DNA of 64,000 nt from an uncultured Kiloniellales bacterium. GTDB taxonomy: Bacteria; Actinomycetota; Acidimicrobiia; Spongiisociales; UBA5794. This document shows positions 28,828 to 37,576 of the stretch, piece after piece. Below the pieces are notes generated by a model. That model was not told the origin of the DNA, did no database searches, and saw only the letters and a program-made list of their open reading frames with translations. The translations under genes were made by a program, and so were the position numbers. Each line of letters begins with the position of its first letter. The stretch's first letter is position 1. The stretch lies in the NCBI GenBank assembly GCA_964196275.1, contig CAXMSN010000092.1, positions 1,296-65,295 on the forward strand, written 5' to 3'.

Positions 28828-29857
28828 CGCCGACTCGTCCTCGCTGCCGGTCGCGGCCCTCGGATGGTCGAGTGAGTGGGACGTCAAACGCGCTGAGGCA
28901 CAGTCGTCTGGCAGCCCCGCTCGAGTAGTGCGCCATGATGGCGTCAAGGTGCTTGTCGCTGATGGGGTATCAGTGGCACACGCCGGATTCCCCAGATCGA
29001 TGAACCTCGCGGTCGGCGACTGGGTGCTCATTGAGAACGAGACCGTCACCTCAGCGCTCGACAGATCTACGGTGCTCGAGCGAGATTCTGTCGAATCGGG
29101 GAAGCAGGTGATCGCCGCCAACGTCGACATCGTCCTCGTGATGTTCGGTGCTGACCGCCCACTCAGGAGAAGGAAGGTGCTTCGGTTCGTCGCGTTCGCC
29201 GGCGACATCGGCGCCCAGCCGGTGGTCGTCTTGGCCAAAGCGGATCTCGCTCCCGACGCCTCTGCGCTGGCCGAAGAACTTCGATCGTGGATCGGCGATA
29301 TATCCGTTGTCGCCACATCAGTGGAGACAGGTCAGGGCCTCGACGAGATCTTCGGAAGGCTGTCCGGGGCGACAGGGACGTTGATCGGCGAGTCCGGCGC
29401 AGGGAAGTCCTCGCTTGTCAATGCCCTGATGGAGGACGAGGTCGCATGGATCGGCGACGTACGCGAGGGAGATGCCAAAGGGCGCCACACGACGACACAC
29501 CGGGAACTGCATCTCCTCCCCGGCGGCGGGATGATCATCGACAACCCCGGCATCAGGGCGCTGGGGCTGTCGAGCGAAGGTGAAGGCGTCGAGGCGCTCT
29601 TCGCTGAGTTGGAGGAACTTGCGCTGACGTGTCGCTTCAGGGACTGCAGCCATCGAACCGAGCCGGGCTGTGCGATCCTCGGTGGCGTCTCAGACGGAAC
29701 GATCGAGCGTGACCACTGGAGCGCTTATCTCCTCTTCACGGCCGAGCAGGCCGCCGCTGGCAAGAGGGCAGAGGATGCTGAACGTGCCGAGAAGGCGCGA
29801 CAGGACGCTGCCTCTGCGAGGAAGGCGAGAGAGGGCTACGAGCCGAAGACCCCGTAG
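28820..29857 (+). CDS. rsgA: Ribosome small-subunit-dependent GTPase A
   Basis: AANVDIVLVM, VVLAKADL, GESGAGKSSLVNAL and the zinc knuckle CRFRDCSHRTEPGC. No in-frame ATG lies after the upstream gene, so a TTG at 28820 is proposed. The start is uncertain. Confidence 0.8.
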   Translation: MADADSSSLPVAALGWSSEWDVKRAEAQSSGSPARVVRHDGVKVLVADGVSVAHAGFPRSMNLAVGDWVLIENETVTSALDRSTVLERDSVESGKQVIAANVDIVLVMFGADRPLRRRKVLRFVAFAGDIGAQPVVVLAKADLAPDASALAEELRSWIGDISVVATSVETGQGLDEIFGRLSGATGTLIGESGAGKSSLVNALMEDEVAWIGDVREGDAKGRHTTTHRELHLLPGGGMIIDNPGIRALGLSSEGEGVEALFAELEELALTCRFRDCSHRTEPGCAILGGVSDGTIERDHWSAYLLFTAEQAAAGKRAEDAERAEKARQDAASARKAREGYEPKTP

Positions 29858-29869
29858 AGAACCTCGCGG

Positions 29870-30256
29870 TCAGTCCCAGCCGCCGATGCTCTCGACCGTG
29901 ATCTCGTAGTTGACCCGGATCTGACCCGCGGGGAGCGGATACACCGGGTTTCCCTTGTATTTCAAGTTGAGCGCATCGATCAGCCATGTGCCGTCCTGTG
30001 CGCTCTTCGTGACTGTGCCTTGCATGACGACGTTCTCGTATGGCTTCGATGGCGGAGAGAACGAGATCGCGACGCGCTGGTCGACAGCGATGTTGCGTGT
30101 CTTGATGCGCCCTGTGGCTGTCGAAACGAGCACCGTGTCGCCATCGCGTCCTACCCATACGATGGAGACCTGCGGTGAACCGTCGGGATTGAGTGTCGCA
30201 AGGTGTGCGAACACTTTCTCGTCCAACGCGTCCTTGATGTCCTGTGACAGTTGCAT
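29870..30256 (-). CDS. PPOX-class (pyridoxamine 5'-phosphate oxidase-like) probable F420-dependent enzyme
   Basis: Trimmed to MQLSQDIKDALDEKVFAHLATLNPDGSPQVSIVWV, a split-barrel family signature. 128 aa. Confidence 0.75.
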   Translation of the reverse strand: MQLSQDIKDALDEKVFAHLATLNPDGSPQVSIVWVGRDGDTVLVSTATGRIKTRNIAVDQRVAISFSPPSKPYENVVMQGTVTKSAQDGTWLIDALNLKYKGNPVYPLPAGQIRVNYEITVESIGGWD

Positions 30257-30290
30257 CCGGTCTCCTTCTGGTTGAAACGAGGCTACCGCG

Positions 30291-30353
30291 GTCGCTCGGC
30301 TCCGCCTCGCTCTGGACGACGGATCGGTCGCTGCGCTCCCTGACGGACGACGG
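30291..30353. repeat. Short dispersed intergenic motif, copy M2
   Basis: GTCGCTCGGCTCCGCCTCGCTCTGGACGACGGATCGGTCGCTGCGCTCCCTGACGGACGACGG lies in the divergent PPOX/SDR intergenic region. It is related to M1 and M3, and its TCGCTGCGCTCC segment also occurs in the large repeat. Confidence 0.6.
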
Positions 30354-30462
30354 AGCCAGAAGCTCACAACCACTGGCCACTTCGCAGAGTGCCTATTGCC
30401 CTCTGCTCCGTCGTCGTTCGCTGACACGACCGACCGTGGCGTCGACCGTTAGCCTCCTGTCC

Positions 30463-31233
30463 ATGGATCTTGGGCTTAATGGCACCAGAGTGCTTGTCAC
30501 GGGCGGCGCCGGTGGAATCGGCGCAGAGATCTGTCGTGCCTTCGCACGCGAGGGTGCGTCTGTTGCAGTCCACTATCTGTCGAGCCGTGACGCCGCCGTC
30601 GAATTGGCATCCGGGATCGGCGGAATCGCCGTCTCCGCTGATCTGACGGACGGGGACGCGACCGACACGATGTTCGATTCGGTCGTTGAGCAATTTGGCG
30701 GCATCGACGTATGCGTCGCAAACGCAGGTCGATACCCCGGCGAAGACGTTCCCATTTGGGAAATCTCGTCCAAACGGTGGAGGAGGACGCTCGATGAGAA
30801 CCTCACAACCACATTCCACACAGCCCGCGCCTTCCTTCGCCACGCAAGCGGAACCAAGAGAGGCTCCCTTGTCCTGGTTGGCTCCACGGCTGGCCAGTTC
30901 GGCGAGGCCGGAAGCTCCGACTACGCAGCGGCAAAGGGTGCGATCAACACGGGTCTCTTGCTTTCGCTCAAGAACGAGGCCGCACGCATCGGCGATGGCG
31001 TGAGGGTCAACGCCGTTGCTCCGGGCTGGACCGTCACGCCAAGGCGGCAGGAAGCCGGTATCGATGACGAGCAGGTGGAGCGTGCCACGGCGACGATGGC
31101 TCGCAAGCACCTCGGCACACCGAAGGATGTCGCACATCAGGTGCTGGTTGTGGCATCCGATCGGGTTTCGGCGCACCAGACCGGTCAGATCGTCACTGTC
31201 GCAGGCGGTATGGAAGGCCGGCTGATCCCTTGA
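30463..31233 (+). CDS. SDR-family oxidoreductase
   Basis: Trimmed to MDLGLNGTRVLVTGGAGGIGAEI (TGxxxGxG). Catalytic YAAAK. Confidence 0.85.
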   Translation: MDLGLNGTRVLVTGGAGGIGAEICRAFAREGASVAVHYLSSRDAAVELASGIGGIAVSADLTDGDATDTMFDSVVEQFGGIDVCVANAGRYPGEDVPIWEISSKRWRRTLDENLTTTFHTARAFLRHASGTKRGSLVLVGSTAGQFGEAGSSDYAAAKGAINTGLLLSLKNEAARIGDGVRVNAVAPGWTVTPRRQEAGIDDEQVERATATMARKHLGTPKDVAHQVLVVASDRVSAHQTGQIVTVAGGMEGRLIP

Positions 31234-32414
31234 TCGACGTTGCGGCGCTCAGACGGGACACGCCGGGAACAGAACACGTGGTGCACCTCAACAACGCCGG
31301 AGCGGCGCTGATGCCGACACCCGTTGTTGATGCGATTCGGGGATACCTGGATTTCGAGACTCGCAACGGTGGATACGAGGCACAGAAGATGCACGCTGAT
31401 CAAGTGGCTGACACGTACGGGTCGATCGCCTCGCTTGTGAAGGCTGATCCGTCGGAGATAGCGATCATGGACTCGGCGACACGTGCGTGGGACATGGTCC
31501 TCTACTCCCTGCCCCACCGAAAGGGTGGTCGGATCCTCACCACGACGACTGAGTACGGATCGAACTGGGCCGCGTACCTGCAACTCGAACAGCGGTTCGG
31601 CATAGAGACGGTCGTGGTTCCCGACACCGACGCTGGCGAGTTCGACGTCGAGGCGCTCGAGTCTCTCATCGACGACCGGACAACGTTGATCACCTTGAAC
31701 CACATGCCGACGCACAATGGGGTCGTGAACCCAGCTGCCGATGTCGGCGCGGTTGCGGCGCGCCATGGAGTGCCTTATCTCCTCGATGCGTGCCAAACCG
31801 CCGGGCAGATGCCGATCGATGTCGACGCCATAGGGTGCGATTTCCTGACAGCAACGTCCCGCAAGTATCTGCGTGGTCCACGGGGGTTGGGGTTCGCCTA
31901 CGTGAGGACTTCGTCGCTTGGTCTTCTCGATCCCGTGTTCGTCGACAACTTCTCATCGGCCGTGACCGATACCGGTTTCGAGTTCCTGGACGGCGCAGCA
32001 CGGCTCGAGACGTGGGAGAAGTCGTACGCCAACATCGTGGGCCTCGGCGCTGCTGTTGATTACGCGATGGCGACAGGCATCGACGACATCTGGTCTCGGA
32101 TCCGCGGCCTTGCCGCACACGCCAGAAGTGGACTCGCCGACATAGACGGCGTTTCGCTCGCTGACAGGGGGACAGAGAAGGGCGGAATCGTGACCTTCTT
32201 CCTTGACAGTGTCGGTGCGCCGGAGGTGCAGAGTGCCCTTGCGGAGCGGCGGATCAACGTGTCGTATTCAACGGTCAATTCTGCACCGGTCGACATGCGG
32301 TTGAGGCACCTCGACGGTGTGGTCCGGGCCTCGTTCCACGCGTACAACACCGAGGAAGAGATCGACCTGTTCGTGGATGTCGTCCGGGGGCTTTGTTTGG
32401 GGTCTACGGGGTGA
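31230..32414 (+). CDS. Class V PLP-dependent aminotransferase (cysteine desulfurase / selenocysteine-lyase-like fold)
   Basis: 394 aa. Contains LNNAGAALMP, LDACQTAGQMPIDV and TATSRKYLRGPRG (PLP Lys). TTG start overlaps the SDR stop. Confidence 0.8.
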   Translation: MIDVAALRRDTPGTEHVVHLNNAGAALMPTPVVDAIRGYLDFETRNGGYEAQKMHADQVADTYGSIASLVKADPSEIAIMDSATRAWDMVLYSLPHRKGGRILTTTTEYGSNWAAYLQLEQRFGIETVVVPDTDAGEFDVEALESLIDDRTTLITLNHMPTHNGVVNPAADVGAVAARHGVPYLLDACQTAGQMPIDVDAIGCDFLTATSRKYLRGPRGLGFAYVRTSSLGLLDPVFVDNFSSAVTDTGFEFLDGAARLETWEKSYANIVGLGAAVDYAMATGIDDIWSRIRGLAAHARSGLADIDGVSLADRGTEKGGIVTFFLDSVGAPEVQSALAERRINVSYSTVNSAPVDMRLRHLDGVVRASFHAYNTEEEIDLFVDVVRGLCLGSTG

Positions 32415-33447
32415 GCGGTGTTCCAGCGAGGAACGCCTCGAGCACAAGGCGCGTGTCGTCGATGGGCACGACGTAGCTGCGCCCATCTTCACCGAGGGCT
32501 GTCTTCACTGGAAGCGTCCTCGCATCGATGAATTTCGAATCCATGGAGAGGACATCGCGTCCGAGTTGGGCCATGAGCGCCAGCGTGAGCCCTTCATCCG
32601 CCGTGATCTGATCTGCGAACGTTGGGAGGAACGAGGGAAGGTTGAATGCGCTCGACGGTGATGTTGCCTGTCCGAACAGTGCGATGAGGATCTCCTGTTG
32701 TCTCCCGGTTCGTGAGATGTCGCCGCCTCCGGTCGACTGCCAGGAGCCGTCCTTGAGGATCTCGTAGTGCCGTGACCTGGCGTAGGCGACCGCTTGCTCA
32801 CCGTTGAGCGTGTGCCGTCCAGGTTCGATCGTGAACCCAGACGTCGTGTCCCTGCCCGCATACGTGAAGTCCAACGTGACACCCCCAAGAGAGTCAACGA
32901 CCGCCCCCACACCGCCGAAGTCGATCTCGACGTAGTGGTGGATTGGGATCCCCGTCTCCGATTGGATCGTCTCTACGAGGAGATCCGGCCCCCCGAAGAC
33001 GTAGGAAGCGTTGACTCTGTTCGTCCCGTGCCCTGGGATGTTCGCTCTGAGGTCTCGCGGGATGCTGAGAAGTTGGATGCCAGATTCGGGGGTGACGTGG
33101 GCGATCATCATCACATCGGTCCGGCGTCCGCTGAAGTTCCCGAACGTGTCGTCCCAGCCGTCAGGGATCTTCGACCGATCATCGACACCGACGATCAGGA
33201 AGTTGGTTGCGGCGCCTGCTGGAATCGGAGCGGAGTTGAGCGATGTCAGGTCGCTCGCTTCGATTCTTTCGATCTTCCCCTCCGCGTACGAAAGGAATCC
33301 GTACCCGGCGAACACGGCGACGACTCCAAGGACGAGAACGACCAGAAGCATCTTCTGGGGCGCGCTCCACCGCCGCTTGGGTGGCTCTCCCTGCGGTTGG
33401 CTGGAGACTTGGGGTATCTCCGGAAAGGTCTCGGTGACGCTCGGCAT
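32404..33447 (-). CDS. LCP (LytR-CpsA-Psr) family cell-envelope phosphotransferase
   Basis: N-terminal TM anchor, then FLIVGVDDRS...RTDVMMIAHV...SIPRDL. Confidence 0.85.
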   Translation of the reverse strand: MPSVTETFPEIPQVSSQPQGEPPKRRWSAPQKMLLVVLVLGVVAVFAGYGFLSYAEGKIERIEASDLTSLNSAPIPAGAATNFLIVGVDDRSKIPDGWDDTFGNFSGRRTDVMMIAHVTPESGIQLLSIPRDLRANIPGHGTNRVNASYVFGGPDLLVETIQSETGIPIHHYVEIDFGGVGAVVDSLGGVTLDFTYAGRDTTSGFTIEPGRHTLNGEQAVAYARSRHYEILKDGSWQSTGGGDISRTGRQQEILIALFGQATSPSSAFNLPSFLPTFADQITADEGLTLALMAQLGRDVLSMDSKFIDARTLPVKTALGEDGRSYVVPIDDTRLVLEAFLAGTPLTP

Positions 33448-33536
33448 GACCGTGGGAGGTTAGAAGTGAGGGTTCGATAGCGACCGTGATCTGTGTGCGT
33501 GGAGTCCGACCGATGTCGACGCGGTACGCTGCTTTC

Positions 33537-35204
33537 ATGTCGAAGAAGATCCACTCCCAAGATGTAACGATCGGTCCTGCTCGGGCCGGTGCCAGGGCGA
33601 TGCTGCGAGCAGTCGGCCTCAGCGAGGACGATTTCGCCAAGTCACAGATCGGCGTTGTCTCAGCGGGCAACGAGGTCACGCCGTGCAACGTGACCGGGCC
33701 CAAGCTTGCAGGCTTCGCAAAGATCGGCGTCAGAGAGGCCGGCGCTGTGGGCCTCGAGTTCGCGACGATCGCCGTCTCGGACGGTATTTCCATGGGTCAC
33801 GAGGGGATGCGGGCTTCTCTGGTGTCGCGTGAAGTCATCGCCGACAGCGTGGAACTGGTCATGCATGCGGAGCGCTTCGACGGGATGGTGTCGATCGCAG
33901 GGTGCGACAAGTCGCTTCCAGGCATGCTCATGGCTGCAGCACGGCACAATCTGCCATCCGTCTTCCTCTACGGAGGTTCGAGCTTGCCCGGCAACCTCGA
34001 TGGCAAGGACATCTCGATCGTCGACGTGTTCGAAGGGATCGGTGCCCACTCCGAAGGCTCGATCTCAGACGAGCAACTGCTCCGCATCGAGCAAGCAGCA
34101 TGCCCGGGGGTTGGGTCATGTGCCGGCATGTTCACCGCAAATACGATGGCTTCGGTTGGCGAGGCGATCGGTATGTCTCTGCCAGGGTCGGCCTCGGTGC
34201 CAGCGGTCGATCCAAGGCTTGATGATTACGCCCACCAGTCCGGCGAGGCGGTCGTTGCGCTCCTGGAGGCTGGCATTACGCCCCGCGACATCATGACGCG
34301 TGAGGCTTTCGAGAACGCGATCACGACGGTGATGGCACTCGGTGGCTCGACGAATGCCGTTCTTCACCTGATGGCCGTTGCCTACGAAGCCGGCGTCGAC
34401 CTTACGCTCGAAGATTTCGACGCGATCTCGCGCAGAACGCCGCACATCGGAGACATGAAACCGTTCGGGAAGTACCACATGGTCGACCTCGACCGCATCG
34501 GCGGCGTTCCGGTCGTGCTGAGGGTGTTGCTGGACGCCGGGCTTCTCCACGGTGATGTGATGACCGTTACGGGAAGAACGATGGCCGAGAATCTCGCCGA
34601 CGTGGTGGTTCCTGAGGATCAGGACGTTCTTCTCCCGATCTCAGATCCGCTCGCTACCGAGGGAGGCATCGCTGTACTGCGCGGCTCGCTTGCGCCAGAA
34701 GGTGCGGTTGTCAAGATCGCCGGAGTCGAACTCGATGTGTTCGAGGGCAAGGCGCGGGTGTTCAACGATGAACAGCACGCCCTCGAGGCTCTCTACGCGC
34801 ACGATCTCAAGCATGGTGACGTTGTGATCATCCGCTACGAGGGCCCGAAGGGCGGCCCTGGCATGCGCGAGATGCTCGCCATCACTGCGGCGATCAAGGG
34901 TGCGGGACTCGGCAAGGACGTGCTGTTGATCACCGACGGGCGGTTCTCCGGTGGAACGACCGGTTTGTGTGTCGGACATGTGGCGCCCGAGGCCGCAAAC
35001 GGTGGCCCGATGGGCCTCATCGAGGAAGGCGACACAGTCCGAATCGACATCCCGAACCGCAAACTCGACATCCTCATCGATGACGATGAACTCGCTCAGC
35101 GCAGAGAAACATGGGAACCAATCCCACCGCGTTACACAAGGGGCGCGCTCGCCAAGTACGCCAAGCTCGTTGGATCAGCTGAATCGGGCGCGGTTCTGTC
35201 CTAG
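33537..35204 (+). CDS. ilvD: Dihydroxy-acid dehydratase
   Basis: [27 protein letters not shown] and similar motifs. Alternative starts lie at 33513 and 33486. Confidence 0.95.
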   Translation: MSKKIHSQDVTIGPARAGARAMLRAVGLSEDDFAKSQIGVVSAGNEVTPCNVTGPKLAGFAKIGVREAGAVGLEFATIAVSDGISMGHEGMRASLVSREVIADSVELVMHAERFDGMVSIAGCDKSLPGMLMAAARHNLPSVFLYGGSSLPGNLDGKDISIVDVFEGIGAHSEGSISDEQLLRIEQAACPGVGSCAGMFTANTMASVGEAIGMSLPGSASVPAVDPRLDDYAHQSGEAVVALLEAGITPRDIMTREAFENAITTVMALGGSTNAVLHLMAVAYEAGVDLTLEDFDAISRRTPHIGDMKPFGKYHMVDLDRIGGVPVVLRVLLDAGLLHGDVMTVTGRTMAENLADVVVPEDQDVLLPISDPLATEGGIAVLRGSLAPEGAVVKIAGVELDVFEGKARVFNDEQHALEALYAHDLKHGDVVIIRYEGPKGGPGMREMLAITAAIKGAGLGKDVLLITDGRFSGGTTGLCVGHVAPEAANGGPMGLIEEGDTVRIDIPNRKLDILIDDDELAQRRETWEPIPPRYTRGALAKYAKLVGSAESGAVLS

Positions 35205-35225
35205 GCAGACGGCGGGCAACGCTTC

Positions 35226-35426
35226 GTCCTCCCTGAGAGGGAGGACGGGCGAGCGTAGCGAGCCAGGAGGGTGTTGGTTACCGGAGAACATTGGACCTGC
35301 AACATCCCCCTGCATCGTCCCTGCGCTTCTCTGCCGCCCGATATCCAGCCGCTCCGGGTTCGCAGGCTCACAGTCCCCCCTGCATCGTCGCTGCGCTCCT
35401 CTGCCGTCCCCCCTAAAGGGAGGACG
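35226..35426 (+). repeat. Structured intergenic repeat, copy A (contains an internal duplication)
   Basis: Opens with hairpin GTCCTCCCT-GAG-AGGGAGGAC, then GGGCGAGCGTAGCGAGCCAGGAGGGTGTTGG. Two copies of CCCCCTGCATCGTC(C/G)CTGCGCT(T/C)CTCTGCCG follow. It ends with hairpin CGTCCCCCC-TAAA-GGGAGGACG. Homologous to copies at 50312 (inverted) and 52027. Confidence 0.85.
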
Positions 35427-35485
35427 AACGGAGTGCTGGTCGGCGGTCCGTGGAATATCGCCCCCTTCACGCCTACGCTTCCACC

Positions 35486-35749
35486 ATGCATCTATCGATT
35501 GAATACTGCGCCTCTTGAGGCTACACAGACCGTGCCGTGCGCATGGCTGAAGCGATACTCGGCAAGTTCGAGCATTACATACAGGACGTCACCTTGATCC
35601 CGTCGAAAGGCGGAGTCTTCGAGGTGATCGCTGGAGACGAGCTCGTGTTCTCGAAGAAGGAACTCGGACGGCACGCTGAGATCGATGAGGTGCTCGACGC
35701 TGTCGACGCCGTCGTCGGCCCAGTGCCGGCCCCACAAGCTTCTTCCTGA
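35486..35749 (+). CDS. SelW/Rdx-family protein, candidate selenoprotein (in-frame TGA at 35516-35518)
   Basis: The ORF track starts at GTG 35537. The same frame upstream reads ATG-MHLSIEYCAS-[TGA]-GYTDRAVRMAEAILGKF..., which restores the family CxxU/CxxC motif. Downstream, LIPSKGGVFEV..DELVFSKKELGRH matches the Rdx fold. Confidence 0.7.
35526..35549 (+). promoter_or_regulatory. Candidate bacterial SECIS stem-loop
   Basis: CAG(A)CCGUGC - loop CGUGC - GCAUGGCUG gives 9 bp with one bulged A. The apical loop contains GU about 20 nt 3' of the UGA. Confidence 0.4.
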
Positions 35750-35810
35750 CACGTTCGGCGGGCTGGTCTGCGGATGAGCAGTACCGGCGGTCGCGCATAT
35801 CCTTTGGGCC

Positions 35811-36002
35811 ATGCCGATCGGCCATTCCAACACCATCCTCGTTACCGACCTTCTTTCGCATGACGGTCCGTACGTCCATGTAGCAGACAACTTCGTTGCT
35901 GCCTCATGTGCGGGCTGTGGCGTGGCGCTGGCTCATGATCCGCGATATGGCGAGTGGGGTGCGTTCTGCTCCGACTGTTGGCCAGAGGTTCGATCGGCGT
36001 AG
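35811..36002 (+). CDS. Small hypothetical protein with a CxxC...CxxC zinc-ribbon-like motif
   Basis: 63 aa. Contains SCAGCGVAL...FCSDCWPEV. No family recognised. Confidence 0.4.
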   Translation: MPIGHSNTILVTDLLSHDGPYVHVADNFVAASCAGCGVALAHDPRYGEWGAFCSDCWPEVRSA

Positions 36003-36007
36003 CCCGG

Positions 36008-37576
36008 TCAGTCGACCCAGACCGGCAATTCCCGGTCCACAGCGACAGCGTTTCCGTCGACGAACGTCTCGATCACCTGTGCGTCCCGTACTTCTTGGGG
36101 TGAAGCGGCAGTGATATTGGTGTCGACAACCACGAGGTCAGCCGCGCTGCCTATCGCCATTGGCGGACGTTCTCGGATCGAACCAGCAGCGCCTTCGGTG
36201 AACAAGCCAAGCGCCTGCCTGCCCGATAGTGCCTCGTTCGGGTTGATGCCATGTCGGTCCATCGCGGCGGCGATACCCCACAGCGGATGTGGTGGCTCCA
36301 CGATGCAGTCTGAAGAACCTGCGACCTTGATGCCTGAATCGAGCATGGCCTTGAACGGGTAGACCCACTCCATCCGTTCCTCCCCAACTCTCGCCTCGAT
36401 CCACTCCGACTCTGAAGCAAGGAAAGCCGGTTGGACGACTGCCGTGGCACCTGATGCGGCGAATCGTGCGATAACCGAAGGGCTCGCCATCGAAACATGC
36501 TCCATTCGGAGATCCTCAGAATGGGAACCAGCCGCGATGAGCCCTTCGAAGACATCGAGCACACTGCTCACTGCTCGGTCACCTATCGCATGGATGGCGA
36601 CCATGCCTCCGAGAGCGAGGCTGTGTCGTGAGACCTCGATGTCGGCGTCCGTGAGCCGATATGTGCCGGTGGTCCCGCTATCGGAAAACGGGTCGCACAT
36701 GGCGGCCGTGTGTCCACCGAGGCTGCCATCGGCGAATCGCTTCACCCCGAGCCACCGCAGACGCTGACCTGCTCCGGTCATCATCTGGGCGGATGCAGTC
36801 AGATCGTCAGGCGTGGATGCGATCGATAACGCGTGCACCTTGATCGGAAGGTCAGGGGCGACTTCCCTCCACAGCTGAGATTCCGCAGCGAGCTTCTCGA
36901 ACGGGCTCTCCCCGTAGCCGACCATCGCCCCGATCGAGGTGATGCCGAGACCCGCGAGCTTGGTCATGCCGTCGACCAGCCTGTTCGGTGCGAGCGCATC
37001 ACCCCGAGCAAGCGCTGAAGAGATCAAACCTGTGGCCGTCTCCCTGAGCACTCCGGTTGGTTCCCCTCGCTCATCCCTGTCGATGAGCCCACCATCGGGA
37101 TCAGGAACGGATTCGTCGATATGCGATGCCGCAAGTGCCTTGCTGTTCGCAACGGCGACATGGCCGCAGTACCGGTAGATGACTGCCGGGCGGTCCGGAA
37201 CGGCCCGGTCGAGGTCCTCCCTCGTTGGAAGTCTGTGCTCGCGCAGCGACTCGTCGTCGAATCGGGTGGCGACAATCGGGTATCCGGGACGAACTGATCT
37301 GGCGAACGTTGCGAGTCGGTCCACCAGATCGTCGATGGAAACCGCAGATTTCAAAGAGCAGCCAGAGAGGAGAGCGGCATACGGAATCGCATGGATGTGG
37401 GCATCTCTGAATCCAGCGCTTACAAAAGCGCCATCGAATGCGAGGACGCGGTCGCCACTTCGCTCGATGTCGGATCGGTCCCCGATCGCTGCGATGAGCC
37501 CGTCGTCAATCGCGATCGCGTTCCCAACAGTCCCGGCTGCTGACACGACGGCGTCCGACGTGATCAGCGTCCTCAT
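36008..37576 (-). CDS. Amidohydrolase-family metallo-hydrolase (Amidohydro_3-like)
   Basis: Trimmed to MRTLITSDAVV. Contains GFRDAHIH (metal site) and later HAIGDRAV. The upstream extension is Arg-rich junk. Confidence 0.85.
   Translation of the reverse strand: MRTLITSDAVVSAAGTVGNAIAIDDGLIAAIGDRSDIERSGDRVLAFDGAFVSAGFRDAHIHAIPYAALLSGCSLKSAVSIDDLVDRLATFARSVRPGYPIVATRFDDESLREHRLPTREDLDRAVPDRPAVIYRYCGHVAVANSKALAASHIDESVPDPDGGLIDRDERGEPTGVLRETATGLISSALARGDALAPNRLVDGMTKLAGLGITSIGAMVGYGESPFEKLAAESQLWREVAPDLPIKVHALSIASTPDDLTASAQMMTGAGQRLRWLGVKRFADGSLGGHTAAMCDPFSDSGTTGTYRLTDADIEVSRHSLALGGMVAIHAIGDRAVSSVLDVFEGLIAAGSHSEDLRMEHVSMASPSVIARFAASGATAVVQPAFLASESEWIEARVGEERMEWVYPFKAMLDSGIKVAGSSDCIVEPPHPLWGIAAAMDRHGINPNEALSGRQALGLFTEGAAGSIRERPPMAIGSAADLVVVDTNITAASPQEVRDAQVIETFVDGNAVAVDRELPVWVD

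Noticed and set aside
35226-35246. The SD-like GGGAGGA in the repeat hairpins as real ribosome-binding sites for hidden small ORFs.
   Set aside because: No start codon followed by a conserved ORF lies at the appropriate distance in all three copies. The SD-like sequence is fully paired with CCTCC in each hairpin.
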